The notes under the pieces: generated by a model
The model's database searches: none
Seen by the model: only the letters and a program-made list of their open reading frames with translations
Told to the model about the DNA's origin: nothing
DNA from: a virus
Strand: one strand, 5' to 3'
Virus record (IMG/VR): IMGVR_UViG_3300030333_008666
Coordinates: 1-64,000 of that record
DNA: 64,000 bases
Shown: one piece after another, positions 48,456-57,614 of the stretch
Position numbering within the stretch: position 1 is the stretch's first letter
Layout: the number at the start of each line of letters is the position of its first letter
Position numbers and translations under genes: made by a program

Positions 48456-49288
48456 TCAAAAACTCTCCGGATCTTGTCGGCAATCTCTGTTCGTCGGGCT
48501 CTCATCAGTTCAATCAGTGGCTTTCCCTTAAGGCTGAACCACTCCTCATGTGAAGCCCCTACGAGCGAATTTGTATAAACCTTCATACCTGCCATTCGCG
48601 CCTCAACAACAATGCGAGACAGTGTTTCAGGCGTGGAAGGAAAAAAGGCCAGTGACTCATTAGCAGTCAAGGCTGTTAAAAACTCTTGATAACTTGCGCT
48701 TTTTACCAGTTGATAATTTATTTTTTTTGCTTTGCAATATTTTATAGCCAGGCCAGTATTCTTCGATGGAATAAGAGAATCCATGATGGAGCACTTGGGC
48801 GCCTTCTCTTTTTCTGACATTATCTCCAAAAGATCTAAAGCGGATTCGGACCACAGGTTGCCAGATAAATTAATTATATTGTCTAAGTTTAGATTTTTTT
48901 TTATTACGCCAGCATGAAAGCCCGACTGGCACAATATTGCAGCTGCAGATTTATAAAACTCTAGGTTTACAATCTCTTCTGCAGGTGCCTTAAGGTCTTT
49001 CCACTGGCCTGGGTTGCGGCTTTTTAAGTACTTGTGATCATGTTCATAAATAACATATTTGCAATCCAGCAAGGCGCGCTTACTTTCTTCTGAAAGTTTT
49101 ATAAAATTTGATACGATATAATTACTGTCTTTATTTTCGTTAATATATTCCGGTGTTAGTTCTTCCGAGTGCACAGCGGAAACTTTTTCCCCCTGTATGT
49201 GCAAAAGCTTAATGACTTCCATGTCATTTAGTTCCGCGCCACCGTTGATCTCGTGCGCAAAGAAATCAGCCGAATAAACAAATTCCAC
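48452..49288 (-). CDS. GT-B fold glycosyltransferase-like protein, 278 aa
   Basis: GGAEL N-terminal loop, YEHD, and PETLSRIVVEARMAG (Ex7E). Confidence 0.72.
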   Translation of the reverse strand: MEFVYSADFFAHEINGGAELNDMEVIKLLHIQGEKVSAVHSEELTPEYINENKDSNYIVSNFIKLSEESKRALLDCKYVIYEHDHKYLKSRNPGQWKDLKAPAEEIVNLEFYKSAAAILCQSGFHAGVIKKNLNLDNIINLSGNLWSESALDLLEIMSEKEKAPKCSIMDSLIPSKNTGLAIKYCKAKKINYQLVKSASYQEFLTALTANESLAFFPSTPETLSRIVVEARMAGMKVYTNSLVGASHEEWFSLKGKPLIELMRARRTEIADKIRRVFE

Positions 49289-50553
49289 TAGGCATGAACC
49301 TCTGCATTAAAATCTTCTAACCAACCCTCTAGGTCGTGTTCCTCTTCCGCATATACATTATCTGCAAAACTTTTATATTGTTGTTCCGCGGCGAATTTCT
49401 TTAATACGTGCTTTTGCAATGCCGCCGACTGTTTCTTAAACCGGCCGTGGTCCTTCAGCACTTCACGAAGACGCATTTTATAGCTCCCCTGTTTTGGGAA
49501 GGACCATTGAGAGTCGGCTTGGATTACTCCATCCCATACCGCTTCTTTTTGCACTGGGCCAATAGTGTAGTCAACAGACGCGAACATTGATTTATTTTTT
49601 TCTTTGCCTTTTTTCTTACTCTTAACTGGCATACACATGAAATCCATGTGACCACTCCAAGGTTGAGCGATTACAGGAAGCCCATTATATGCGGCCTCAA
49701 ACGTTGGCAAGCCAAACCCTTCAGCATTGGATATGGAAATTAGAGCCTTTACTTTTGGATGTTGGTAGAGTCCTGTCATTTCCTCTGCTGACATATCCCC
49801 GTGCAATAAATAAATTTTACATTTTCGATTCGGATACTCACTCAGCAATTGTGAAATTTTATTTTCAGTAAATCGCCTATCGCCCAAAGAATTGTTTCGA
49901 TGGCTTGTTTTAACAATGAGGCCCACCTCTTGATCGATGAATTCTTCCACAAATCCGACTATAGTATTTTCTAGATTTTTTCTGGGGCCCCACTGGCTTA
50001 CAGTGAGAAAATTAAAATCTGTCTTAAGATTTAAGTCTAGGTTTGCCGCCTCGTAGTGGCGCACTGGATAATTTACAACTTCAACCGGCGTGCTGTTTTT
50101 CAATAAAAAATTCTGACCTGTTTGGTTGTTAGTTGCGTGATAAGAAGTGTTATCAAACCCATACTTAGCGTGATTGGAAATTACAATTATCTTATCCATG
50201 AGGTGCGACTTCTCAATCCAGCCAGGTGCGATGCGGTCGGATTCAATGCCAGCGGTGTAGCCGACATTTACCGGTGCGATTTTTTGCCACTCGTTGGGAA
50301 TTGTCACTTGCAGCGAGATATCAAACTGGCCTCCTTGTTGTTGGTATTGATTTGTTTTTAACAGAAGTTCATCGAGCCACTTTCGCTCTTCGGAAAAACT
50401 CACAATCCAACCGGTTTGCCCCCAGTTGATATTTTGCAAATAAATATCAAAACGTTCTTCATATGCGCGCAAAGACCGCAAAGCAAATCGACACTGCTCT
50501 CCGTAGCCGCTTCGACTTAATGCGGGGCCCACAACTAATACTTTCTTTCTCAT
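49288..50553 (-). CDS. Glycosyltransferase family 4, 421 aa
   Basis: SRSGYG, RKNLE, EGFGLPTFEAA (Ex7E), WSGHMDF. Confidence 0.88.
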   Translation of the reverse strand: MRKKVLVVGPALSRSGYGEQCRFALRSLRAYEERFDIYLQNINWGQTGWIVSFSEERKWLDELLLKTNQYQQQGGQFDISLQVTIPNEWQKIAPVNVGYTAGIESDRIAPGWIEKSHLMDKIIVISNHAKYGFDNTSYHATNNQTGQNFLLKNSTPVEVVNYPVRHYEAANLDLNLKTDFNFLTVSQWGPRKNLENTIVGFVEEFIDQEVGLIVKTSHRNNSLGDRRFTENKISQLLSEYPNRKCKIYLLHGDMSAEEMTGLYQHPKVKALISISNAEGFGLPTFEAAYNGLPVIAQPWSGHMDFMCMPVKSKKKGKEKNKSMFASVDYTIGPVQKEAVWDGVIQADSQWSFPKQGSYKMRLREVLKDHGRFKKQSAALQKHVLKKFAAEQQYKSFADNVYAEEEHDLEGWLEDFNAEVHA

Positions 50554-51815
50554 GCAACCTCTCTCAATTCCCAGGATTTATATTTCTTTCTCTCTCCCCA
50601 GGAACCATATTCTTTGTAAATTGTGGTGAATATCTCTTCCCACTTTTCAATATATCCTTCAAAATTATAATTTTTTTCCACATGGGCGCGGCCCTTGGCC
50701 CCTAACGCTGCGCGCTCTTCTTTGGTCATGTTATACATCTTAACCAGCGCGTCAACAACATCCTTTTGTGCAAGACGGTCTTCGTAAATCCATGGGATCG
50801 GCTGAGAACCAATAATAGCTCTAGAAGCTGGTTCAATGCCAATACCAAACCATTCTTCGCCGTCTGTAACTTGCTCTTGCAGGCCACCAGTCATTGTTAC
50901 GATTATGGGAGTCTCACAAGCCAGAGATTCAAAAGTCGCCAGACCAAAACCTTCGGCATCGGCAATGTTAATTGTGCAATCTGCAAGATTATAAACCTTC
51001 GCCATTACTTCTGACGGTACCTTTCTCTGAGAGAAGACCACTTGTTCTTCTGTTAGGTCCAAGTGTCGTACAATTTCGATCAAATCTTGACCGTTTGGAT
51101 CTTTGGGTTCTGTGTGCATGACGAGCATGGCTTTATCATGACCAATCACATCCAAGAAGTCTTTGAACCAAAAAATTAAGCTACCGCTTTGCTTCCGGCG
51201 GGCATTTCGATTGTTCCAAAAGAAAACTACTTTATCTTTTGCCGCTTCTCCAAATATTTCCTCTTTAAACTTCGCCGTTTCCTCTTCTGGGAGTTTTTTG
51301 AAAATCTCTGTATCGACAGCATGTGGTAAATATTCACTGTCACCTGCAGGGGAGACTTCCTCTACGATCTTCTGGGTGACTTTTGAAATGGTGACGATTT
51401 TATCCGTCGAATCATAAAACGTTTTATTGAACGTAGGTGCTGGGAAATTATCCCAAACATGATAGTAAACCATTGGAACGCATGCTCTAATTTCATGCTC
51501 CATATCCCACAACCAGCCATAAAATCTAGGGTCTGTCATAAACCAAAGAATATCGGGCTTTTCAGTTTGTAGGACCGAGCGAACCATTTCTGGTGTGCCA
51601 TATGAATTGACCGGTATAATTGTCCAATCATCTTTAAATTCTTCAGTTCTCACTGGGCGATAATCATCATGTTTAATCGCGCCTCCGAAACTGATAAATG
51701 AGAACTTCCCAGTACGAAGCATGGCTTCGATTATGTACTTTGTCTGCAAACCAACCCCGGATGAAGAAAACGGATGGTCGCTAATTGTGAATATTTTAAT
51801 TTTTTTGTCTGTCAA
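50550..51815 (-). CDS. Glycosyltransferase family 4, ~421 aa
   Basis: ISDHPFSSSGVG, NRNARRK, EGFGLATFES. Probable TTG start at 51815 after a GAGGA RBS (the track start is 51857). Confidence 0.88.
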   Translation of the reverse strand: MTDKKIKIFTISDHPFSSSGVGLQTKYIIEAMLRTGKFSFISFGGAIKHDDYRPVRTEEFKDDWTIIPVNSYGTPEMVRSVLQTEKPDILWFMTDPRFYGWLWDMEHEIRACVPMVYYHVWDNFPAPTFNKTFYDSTDKIVTISKVTQKIVEEVSPAGDSEYLPHAVDTEIFKKLPEEETAKFKEEIFGEAAKDKVVFFWNNRNARRKQSGSLIFWFKDFLDVIGHDKAMLVMHTEPKDPNGQDLIEIVRHLDLTEEQVVFSQRKVPSEVMAKVYNLADCTINIADAEGFGLATFESLACETPIIVTMTGGLQEQVTDGEEWFGIGIEPASRAIIGSQPIPWIYEDRLAQKDVVDALVKMYNMTKEERAALGAKGRAHVEKNYNFEGYIEKWEEIFTTIYKEYGSWGERKKYKSWELREVA

Positions 51816-51825
51816 TTTATCCTCT

Positions 51826-52605
51826 CTATGGACAATGTTTTGTCCTGTGAAACTCACAGCTTGAACAAGCTAACCTATTCTTTGTATATTTTTTTCTTGT
51901 AATATTATAAAGGGCTGTTGTCAAAAATTTAATAGCGTTTTGTGTTTTTTTATTTCCGCTAGTAACTCGAAAAAACTCTACGTTATTTTTCTTGGCAGTT
52001 CGCTTAAGTAAAGCAAAGTGAGTTTCAATATTTTTGGGGTCAATTCCGTGCTTAATCGCAAAATAATATTTATAAAAAGTTAACTGATATGTGGTCATTC
52101 TATCGCTTTTGCGGCGCGCATCCCAGCCCCAAGAACAAGTTTTCCAGTCGACAATGTGATATTTGCCATCCGGAGTCTTAAAAACCGCGTCAATGAATCC
52201 CTTAAAGTCATATTGTTCATCGGTGAAATCTCGAATGGGTTCCAGTATTTGTTCTTCTGTAGAAACGATCTCGTACTCTTCTCCAAAATAATCCTCGACC
52301 GCGGACATCACCTGGGTTGATAAAGATCTACCCTGATCGAACATTTCGACTATTAAGGCTTTTCGCTTATCTAAGTCTTCCGGAAGGAGATCAAGTTCTT
52401 CGCGAAAATACTCTTTAAAAGACGACGGAGCCTCATCCTCAGTGAGTCGATCTAGCAAGAGACCCTCGCACACTGAGTGAAGGGCTGTTCCGAAGGCAGT
52501 GTATTCGTTTCCTTTGAAAAGCCTAAGTTTATCGATGTACGTTAATTTATGATAAAACGCGCACCGGTCCCAATTCTTCAACGCAGAAAAAGACACATGT
52601 GACAT
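51826..52605 (-). CDS. PD-(D/E)XK exonuclease, Cas4/RecB-like with Fe-S cysteines, 259 aa
   Basis: SFSAL..WDRC, GTALH, GFIDAV, IVDWKT, QLTFY, CSSCEF...HC. Confidence 0.88.
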   Translation of the reverse strand: MSHVSFSALKNWDRCAFYHKLTYIDKLRLFKGNEYTAFGTALHSVCEGLLLDRLTEDEAPSSFKEYFREELDLLPEDLDKRKALIVEMFDQGRSLSTQVMSAVEDYFGEEYEIVSTEEQILEPIRDFTDEQYDFKGFIDAVFKTPDGKYHIVDWKTCSWGWDARRKSDRMTTYQLTFYKYYFAIKHGIDPKNIETHFALLKRTAKKNNVEFFRVTSGNKKTQNAIKFLTTALYNITRKKYTKNRLACSSCEFHRTKHCP

Positions 52606-52612
52606 AACTAAC

Positions 52613-52915
52613 CTACTTACTTGATTTTGTCTTTGTTGTTGTTTTTGTTGTTGTTTTTCTCACCGGGCGGGCGGCAGCTGCTTTTTCACGCAAAGCAAAG
52701 ATCCACTTACCCTTTCTTTTCGAATCTTCCTCATAATTCGAAACGACGGCGGGTTCAATGACAGACTTAATGTCATATCCCTGTGAAGCTGCCCAACTCT
52801 TAACAAAGTCCGTATTGTACCTCTGTTTATCTGTAGCTAACTTTGCAGGCTTGAGCGTCACTGTTACGGTAAGCTCGGTCTTGTCGCTGTTAACTTTATG
52901 TTTTGGTTTAAACAT
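52613..52915 (-). CDS. Hypothetical basic protein, 100 aa
   Basis: Packed ORF with a GGAGA RBS and a Lys/Thr-rich tail. Confidence 0.7.
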   Translation of the reverse strand: MFKPKHKVNSDKTELTVTVTLKPAKLATDKQRYNTDFVKSWAASQGYDIKSVIEPAVVSNYEEDSKRKGKWIFALREKAAAARPVRKTTTKTTTKTKSSK

Positions 52916-52916
52916 T

Positions 52917-53594
52917 TTAAAAATCTCCTTCTTCCTTGATTCTTTCTATTTTATTATACACTTGTGTGCTAATTTTTTTCACGTATGTTCTATCGCCTAA
53001 AAAATATTCTTCAAATGCGCATGCAAAATACTCTCTCAAAGATGTGATTGCATACGGCGAAACAAAAAGCCCCATGGATAAACTTATCAGTGTTGGATAC
53101 CCAACAAACTGATGTAAATAAGTATCCATGTCTTCTGAATATTCTGGGTTTTGAAACAACATCGGAGATGGCGCATAACCTTCTTCATGTAATATTCTAT
53201 ACAGAGTGTTTCGCTTAGCTAGAAACTCACGTTCAATCAAGCCGTCGCTATAAATATTATCCTTTGCGAACTCTTCAACTGCGTGAGCCACCTCATGAAC
53301 AACGTCATCGATTAGATCGAGCGCATCGTCCTGTCTGTTTGTGACATAAATTGCACCGTCTTTATACATGGCATTTACTGAGCGCTCATCAAACTCCTCC
53401 AAGTGACTAATATAAATTGCATCAATGGCTTGGCAAAAGCTCTTTGGGAGAAGTGCTTCCAACTTTTCAAGAACCAGAGGTAAGTTAATATTCTCTGGGA
53501 GTTCATGAACTACATAAACAGGGGCGTGAAACAAGTATTGCTCTTTGCTTTTTTGTTTCGCCTTGTTTGCTGCTTTTTTTATATACTCATGCAT
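52917..53594 (-). CDS. Zincin-like metallopeptidase (lethal-factor/MtfA-like motifs), ~225 aa
   Basis: VVHEVAHAVE (HExxH) and a downstream YAITSLREYFA. Start set at ATG 53594. Confidence 0.72.
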   Translation of the reverse strand: MHEYIKKAANKAKQKSKEQYLFHAPVYVVHELPENINLPLVLEKLEALLPKSFCQAIDAIYISHLEEFDERSVNAMYKDGAIYVTNRQDDALDLIDDVVHEVAHAVEEFAKDNIYSDGLIEREFLAKRNTLYRILHEEGYAPSPMLFQNPEYSEDMDTYLHQFVGYPTLISLSMGLFVSPYAITSLREYFACAFEEYFLGDRTYVKKISTQVYNKIERIKEEGDF

Positions 53595-53877
53595 TCTGTT
53601 GTTTGTTATGTTGTTTAAAGAGCTTCTCGCCCTCTTCAACATCCGTTAACGCTTGTCGGTATCCACGAATAAAATTTTCCTCGGCAACAACTAGAAGAAA
53701 ATCTGGAAACTCTTCAGCAACGACTTGAATAATCATTTCAACATTCACTTCTTCGTTGTCCGGACCTAGTTTGTTTCCTACATAATCAACTAGCCAATCC
53801 TTTAAGGGTGAATCCTTTTCAACCGGCTTAAGCAAGTCTGGATTTTCAACAACATCGTTTTTATTTTCATTACTCAT
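53587..53877 (-). CDS. Hypothetical protein, 96 aa
   Basis: AGGAG RBS and its own sigma70-like promoter. Confidence 0.78.
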   Translation of the reverse strand: MSNENKNDVVENPDLLKPVEKDSPLKDWLVDYVGNKLGPDNEEVNVEMIIQVVAEEFPDFLLVVAEENFIRGYRQALTDVEEGEKLFKQHNKQQNA

Positions 53878-53894
53878 ATAATTTTCTCCTTTAT

Positions 53895-53923
53895 ATATTA
53901 AAGCATTTTAACATACGTGTCAA
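53895..53923 (-). promoter_or_regulatory. Sigma70-type promoter
   Basis: TTGACA (53923-53918), 17 nt, TAATAT (53900-53895), then AGGAG and the ATG at 53877. Confidence 0.75.
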
Positions 53924-53939
53924 GCAATATTTAATTTTT

Positions 53940-55277
53940 TTATAATACTTCGGAAGCTAGTGTCGCGACGGGCGACCTCTCTCCTTTAGATAGCGTTACG
54001 TGCCCTGAAAGCTCGTATGGTTTGAATTTCTCCACGGCGTAAGTTAGACCGTTTGATGTAGCATCAATGTAAACATTGTCGATTTGTTCTATATCTCCAC
54101 ATAAAACAATCTTGGTATCATCTCCGACACGTGTAATAATTGTTTTAAGTTCGTGCATTGTTAAGTTCTGAGCTTCATCGATAATAATGAACGCGTTAGA
54201 AATTGATCGGCCGCGGATGTATGTCAGCGCTTCAATTTCAATGGTGCCGTTATCGATATACAACTGGAGTGTGTCGCGATCATTGCCCATTAAAAATCGT
54301 AAATTATCTTGTATTGGAGCAATCCACGGTAGCATCTTCTCCTCTAGGGTACCCGGGAGATATCCAATATCTTTCCCGACCGGTTGAATTGGCCTTGAAA
54401 CAATTAAGTTTCGATATGAACCACCAGAAGATGTAGGCTCAAGCACCTGACACAACCCACAAGCCAGACTTAACAATGTCTTTCCTGAGCCGGCTCGGCC
54501 AATAAGGGTGACGATTGGCACATTCGGATCCAACAAGAGATCCATAGCATATGCCTGCTCTTTATTGCGAGGTTGTACACCCCATACGCCCTTTTTATTA
54601 TAAGAGTTTGAAATCTTCTTTAATGGGGTCATGTTATTTTTATATTTGGCTAATGCTGTCTTTTTAGAATTCGTTTCTGATTCCAATAAAATATACTGAT
54701 TTGGGAAAACGGCGTGATCTGGACCGGTGAGATCGGTGATGTGTGCCTCTTCTCCTGAATAAAAAGAATCAATTGCGGCTTCTGGTACAACGAGCTTACT
54801 AAAGCCACTGTAAATTTGAACCTTATCCTTGACCACTTGTGCTAGATTGTAATCTTCACATAAAAGACCAATAGCGTCGCACTTAACTCTCATATTAATA
54901 TCATTCGAGACAACGATGACCTCACTGGAAGGGTTGCTTCTTTGCTCTGTGAGAGCAGTGCCAATGATTTGATTGTCTGGGTTTTCGTCTTCGAAGCCAT
55001 CTGGCAAATCCCTGGGGTCGAATGTTTTCGCTGAAATTATCCCAGAAGAGTCTGAGAGTTGTACCCCTTGGTGCAAATTTCCCTGTGTGCGCAATTGATC
55101 TAAAGTTCGAATAACATGGCGCGCGTTGGTGCCAACGCCGTCTTGTCGCTTTTTGTGCTTATCTATTTCCTCTAAAACTTTTAAAGGAATGACAATATCA
55201 TTTTCTCCGAACTTTAAGATAGAATTGGCGTCAGTGAGGTAAACACTGGTATCAAGAACATAAATTTTTTTCTGCAT
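53940..55277 (-). CDS. phoH: PhoH-family ATPase with N-terminal PIN domain, 445 aa
   Basis: PIN: VLDTSVYL, VLEEID, DNQII, VSNDINMR. PhoH: GRAGSGKT, GYLPG, IRGRS, IIDEAQN, GDIEQID. Confidence 0.93.
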   Translation of the reverse strand: MQKKIYVLDTSVYLTDANSILKFGENDIVIPLKVLEEIDKHKKRQDGVGTNARHVIRTLDQLRTQGNLHQGVQLSDSSGIISAKTFDPRDLPDGFEDENPDNQIIGTALTEQRSNPSSEVIVVSNDINMRVKCDAIGLLCEDYNLAQVVKDKVQIYSGFSKLVVPEAAIDSFYSGEEAHITDLTGPDHAVFPNQYILLESETNSKKTALAKYKNNMTPLKKISNSYNKKGVWGVQPRNKEQAYAMDLLLDPNVPIVTLIGRAGSGKTLLSLACGLCQVLEPTSSGGSYRNLIVSRPIQPVGKDIGYLPGTLEEKMLPWIAPIQDNLRFLMGNDRDTLQLYIDNGTIEIEALTYIRGRSISNAFIIIDEAQNLTMHELKTIITRVGDDTKIVLCGDIEQIDNVYIDATSNGLTYAVEKFKPYELSGHVTLSKGERSPVATLASEVL

Positions 55278-55412
55278 AAATCCTCAGTATAAGTATGTGT
55301 ATGTTAACAGTTTTTCGCTAAATTTAATCAATTTTATCCACAAGAGTTCCAGTAAAAAATAACAATTGTTCTAAATGTGTTATAGTTATTAATGTAGGGA
55401 GGAGCGAACTAT

Positions 55413-56207
55413 ATGAAAATAAAACAGCTTTTTACGATCTTTGTAATTTTCTTCTGCACTACTTCCTGTTCCGTACTTCAAAAAAATCATCACACCTCTG
55501 TCTATGATATCTTACCTAGAGACTCTTTCACCTTTATTAACAAGTCCCTTATTATAAAATCTTGCTTTAATGGTGTGTGTGCTGAGAAAGAGTATGGAGC
55601 TTCAGGTTCAGGTGCTTCTGTTGCTAAAAATAAATTTGGTACATACATTATAACCGCAGCGCATATTTGTGAAGATAAAAACGTTCCAACAGATCCTACA
55701 ATTTCCTCCTCTAGTACTTATCAAATAATCAGCATGAAAGGTGAGAAGCACAAAGCAGAAGTCATATCCACCATTTATGAGAAGGGGGTAGATATTTGTA
55801 TGCTGTTTGCTAAAGGGGTGTACATAGACCCTGTTGAAATAGCTGACCGCGCACCTAAAGCTGGTGATAAAATTTACAACCTAGCCGCCCCATACAGCAT
55901 TGGAAGTCCCGGGGCTGTACCAATTATGGAAGGACGATACATAGGGGAAGTTTCCAAAGGCTTGATTGCATACTCAGTGCCGGCAGCGCCGGGAAGTTCC
56001 GGGTCTGGTCTTTTTAACACAAGAGGCGAGCTAGTTGGCGTGCTTTATGCGGTTTATTGGAAATTTCACAACATCTGCTTGAGCAATGACTTTGATATTA
56101 TGAAGGATTTTATCGCAAAAACAGTCGAAGAATATAACAGGATACTTAAAATAGATGTTGGCGTTACTCAAGAGCTACAAAAACCCTTGGACCTTCTCAA
56201 GCTTTAA
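55413..56207 (+). CDS. Trypsin-like serine protease with lipoprotein-like signal peptide, 264 aa
   Basis: GGAGG RBS. MKIK + hydrophobic stretch + TTSC. Triad TAAH / VDIC / PGSSGSG. Confidence 0.85.
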   Translation: MKIKQLFTIFVIFFCTTSCSVLQKNHHTSVYDILPRDSFTFINKSLIIKSCFNGVCAEKEYGASGSGASVAKNKFGTYIITAAHICEDKNVPTDPTISSSSTYQIISMKGEKHKAEVISTIYEKGVDICMLFAKGVYIDPVEIADRAPKAGDKIYNLAAPYSIGSPGAVPIMEGRYIGEVSKGLIAYSVPAAPGSSGSGLFNTRGELVGVLYAVYWKFHNICLSNDFDIMKDFIAKTVEEYNRILKIDVGVTQELQKPLDLLKL

Positions 56208-56529
56208 TTTTCTTCCATACAAGTATACCCGAAGTATTTCGAACTTCTCTCAAATTCCTTCTTGCATATAAAGCCGGCATTATACTTTCTGATGATAAAA
56301 GTCTTTGTATCTCGTCTTCTGTAAAATTAAGAATGTTATTGCAAAAGGTTTTTACTTTTTCTTCGAGTATATCTTTTGTTAAATGTGGCGTCGAATATCG
56401 AGCCTTGAAACCCTCTTTGGATCCATGGGAGATTGACATCGCGATTAGATGACCTGCGCCGTGAGCAGAGAAATTGATATCCAACTCTAGGTTATTTGGA
56501 GTGCATATAAATTTCTTGCTTAAATTCAC
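56197..56529 (-). CDS. Hypothetical protein, 110 aa
   Basis: Fills the gap after the GAPDH-like gene and overlaps the protease gene convergently by 11 nt. Confidence 0.6.
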   Translation of the reverse strand: MNLSKKFICTPNNLELDINFSAHGAGHLIAMSISHGSKEGFKARYSTPHLTKDILEEKVKTFCNNILNFTEDEIQRLLSSESIMPALYARRNLREVRNTSGILVWKKIKA

Positions 56530-56534
56530 GTGAG

Positions 56535-57614
56535 TTAGACCTCTGTGAATAAATAGGGGTCAAATAAGTTCATATACTCTGCGTACTTTTCTCCATGAAT
56601 TGCATGAAGTGAAGCTGCGGCACTGCTTAATAAAGAGTTGCCATCTTGTGGCGTAAAACAAAAGCCGGTAATCCGAGTTTTCCCACTGTTCCGATCAATC
56701 ATCAACGTTGGTACTGAAACTATAGTTTGATTGAAAATTCTCCCATAATATCCATGATCTCGACCAAACGAAAACACGCGGTTGGAAGATGTCTTATCGG
56801 TTAAACCGATAAATTTATTATTTGCAAAACAATTCAACACATCCTTTTCATTTGCCAGAGCGTTAATCTCAATAACAAAACGAATTACATGCATATATTG
56901 CGAATTAAGTTTAAGAGCGCTCGAACGTATATTTAAACTACGGCCAAGAGTGGCTAATAGATCATGTGCATCTCTTGCATGGTGAGTGCCATATGCTTGG
57001 TCGGTGTGTTTACCAACATGCGGAGAAGCCACAAACGATGCAATTTGACTAATATCGTTTGCTCGTCGAATGCAGGTGAAATCTCCAAAGTGTATATCTG
57101 ATAAATCTGACTGCAATGATAGAGATTTCAACAAACATGCAATGTTGTGTGTGTTGCAGCTAACAACTTGTATGAAGTTTGGAGATTTCTCCATCAGTGC
57201 AGAATCGTTAATACCATAAGCATATGGCATGCCAAATCCTTTTTCACTGCCCTGAGCAATAAAAACTTTTTCTGGATTTTCTTCTGCATGTTGAGAATAA
57301 AATAGATCTTTTGCTTCGTTGCCGGCAGGTGTGCAATCAATAACAACGTCGGCCGCGTCTAATGCCTCAAGATGTTTCAATACCGGCTTGTGACCTAGGG
57401 CGCGAAACTGATCTTCTTTTTCTGGATCTACAACCAGATGCGCACCTCTTGCGATTAGGCTATTGACTTTTGCGACTTCATCCTTAAGTGGCCGGCGCTT
57501 GTGAAAATATACTTCACCAATATCCAGTTCTTTTCTCATGTCGGACAAGAGCCCAACAAGGGGCTCTCCAATTGTACCCGTACCTACAATTAAAATATTT
57601 TTCTTATTTGACAT
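56535..57614 (-). CDS. Archaeal-type (class II) glyceraldehyde-3-phosphate dehydrogenase homologue, ~359 aa
   Basis: IVGTGTIG, DVVIDCTP, FIAQGSEK, catalytic VVSCNT, IRRAND, THH..D. Start set at ATG 57614. Confidence 0.78.
   Translation of the reverse strand: MSNKKNILIVGTGTIGEPLVGLLSDMRKELDIGEVYFHKRRPLKDEVAKVNSLIARGAHLVVDPEKEDQFRALGHKPVLKHLEALDAADVVIDCTPAGNEAKDLFYSQHAEENPEKVFIAQGSEKGFGMPYAYGINDSALMEKSPNFIQVVSCNTHNIACLLKSLSLQSDLSDIHFGDFTCIRRANDISQIASFVASPHVGKHTDQAYGTHHARDAHDLLATLGRSLNIRSSALKLNSQYMHVIRFVIEINALANEKDVLNCFANNKFIGLTDKTSSNRVFSFGRDHGYYGRIFNQTIVSVPTLMIDRNSGKTRITGFCFTPQDGNSLLSSAAASLHAIHGEKYAEYMNLFDPYLFTEV

Noticed and set aside
51826-52605. Cas4-like gene as a sign of a CRISPR-Cas system
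   Set aside because: No repeat-spacer array or other cas genes seen. Solo Cas4-like nucleases are common in phages.
55334-55342. Perfect DnaA box TTATCCACA in the phoH/protease divergent intergenic region
   Set aside because: Single copy. One hit of a 9-mer in 64 kb on two strands is about what chance gives, and there is no box cluster.
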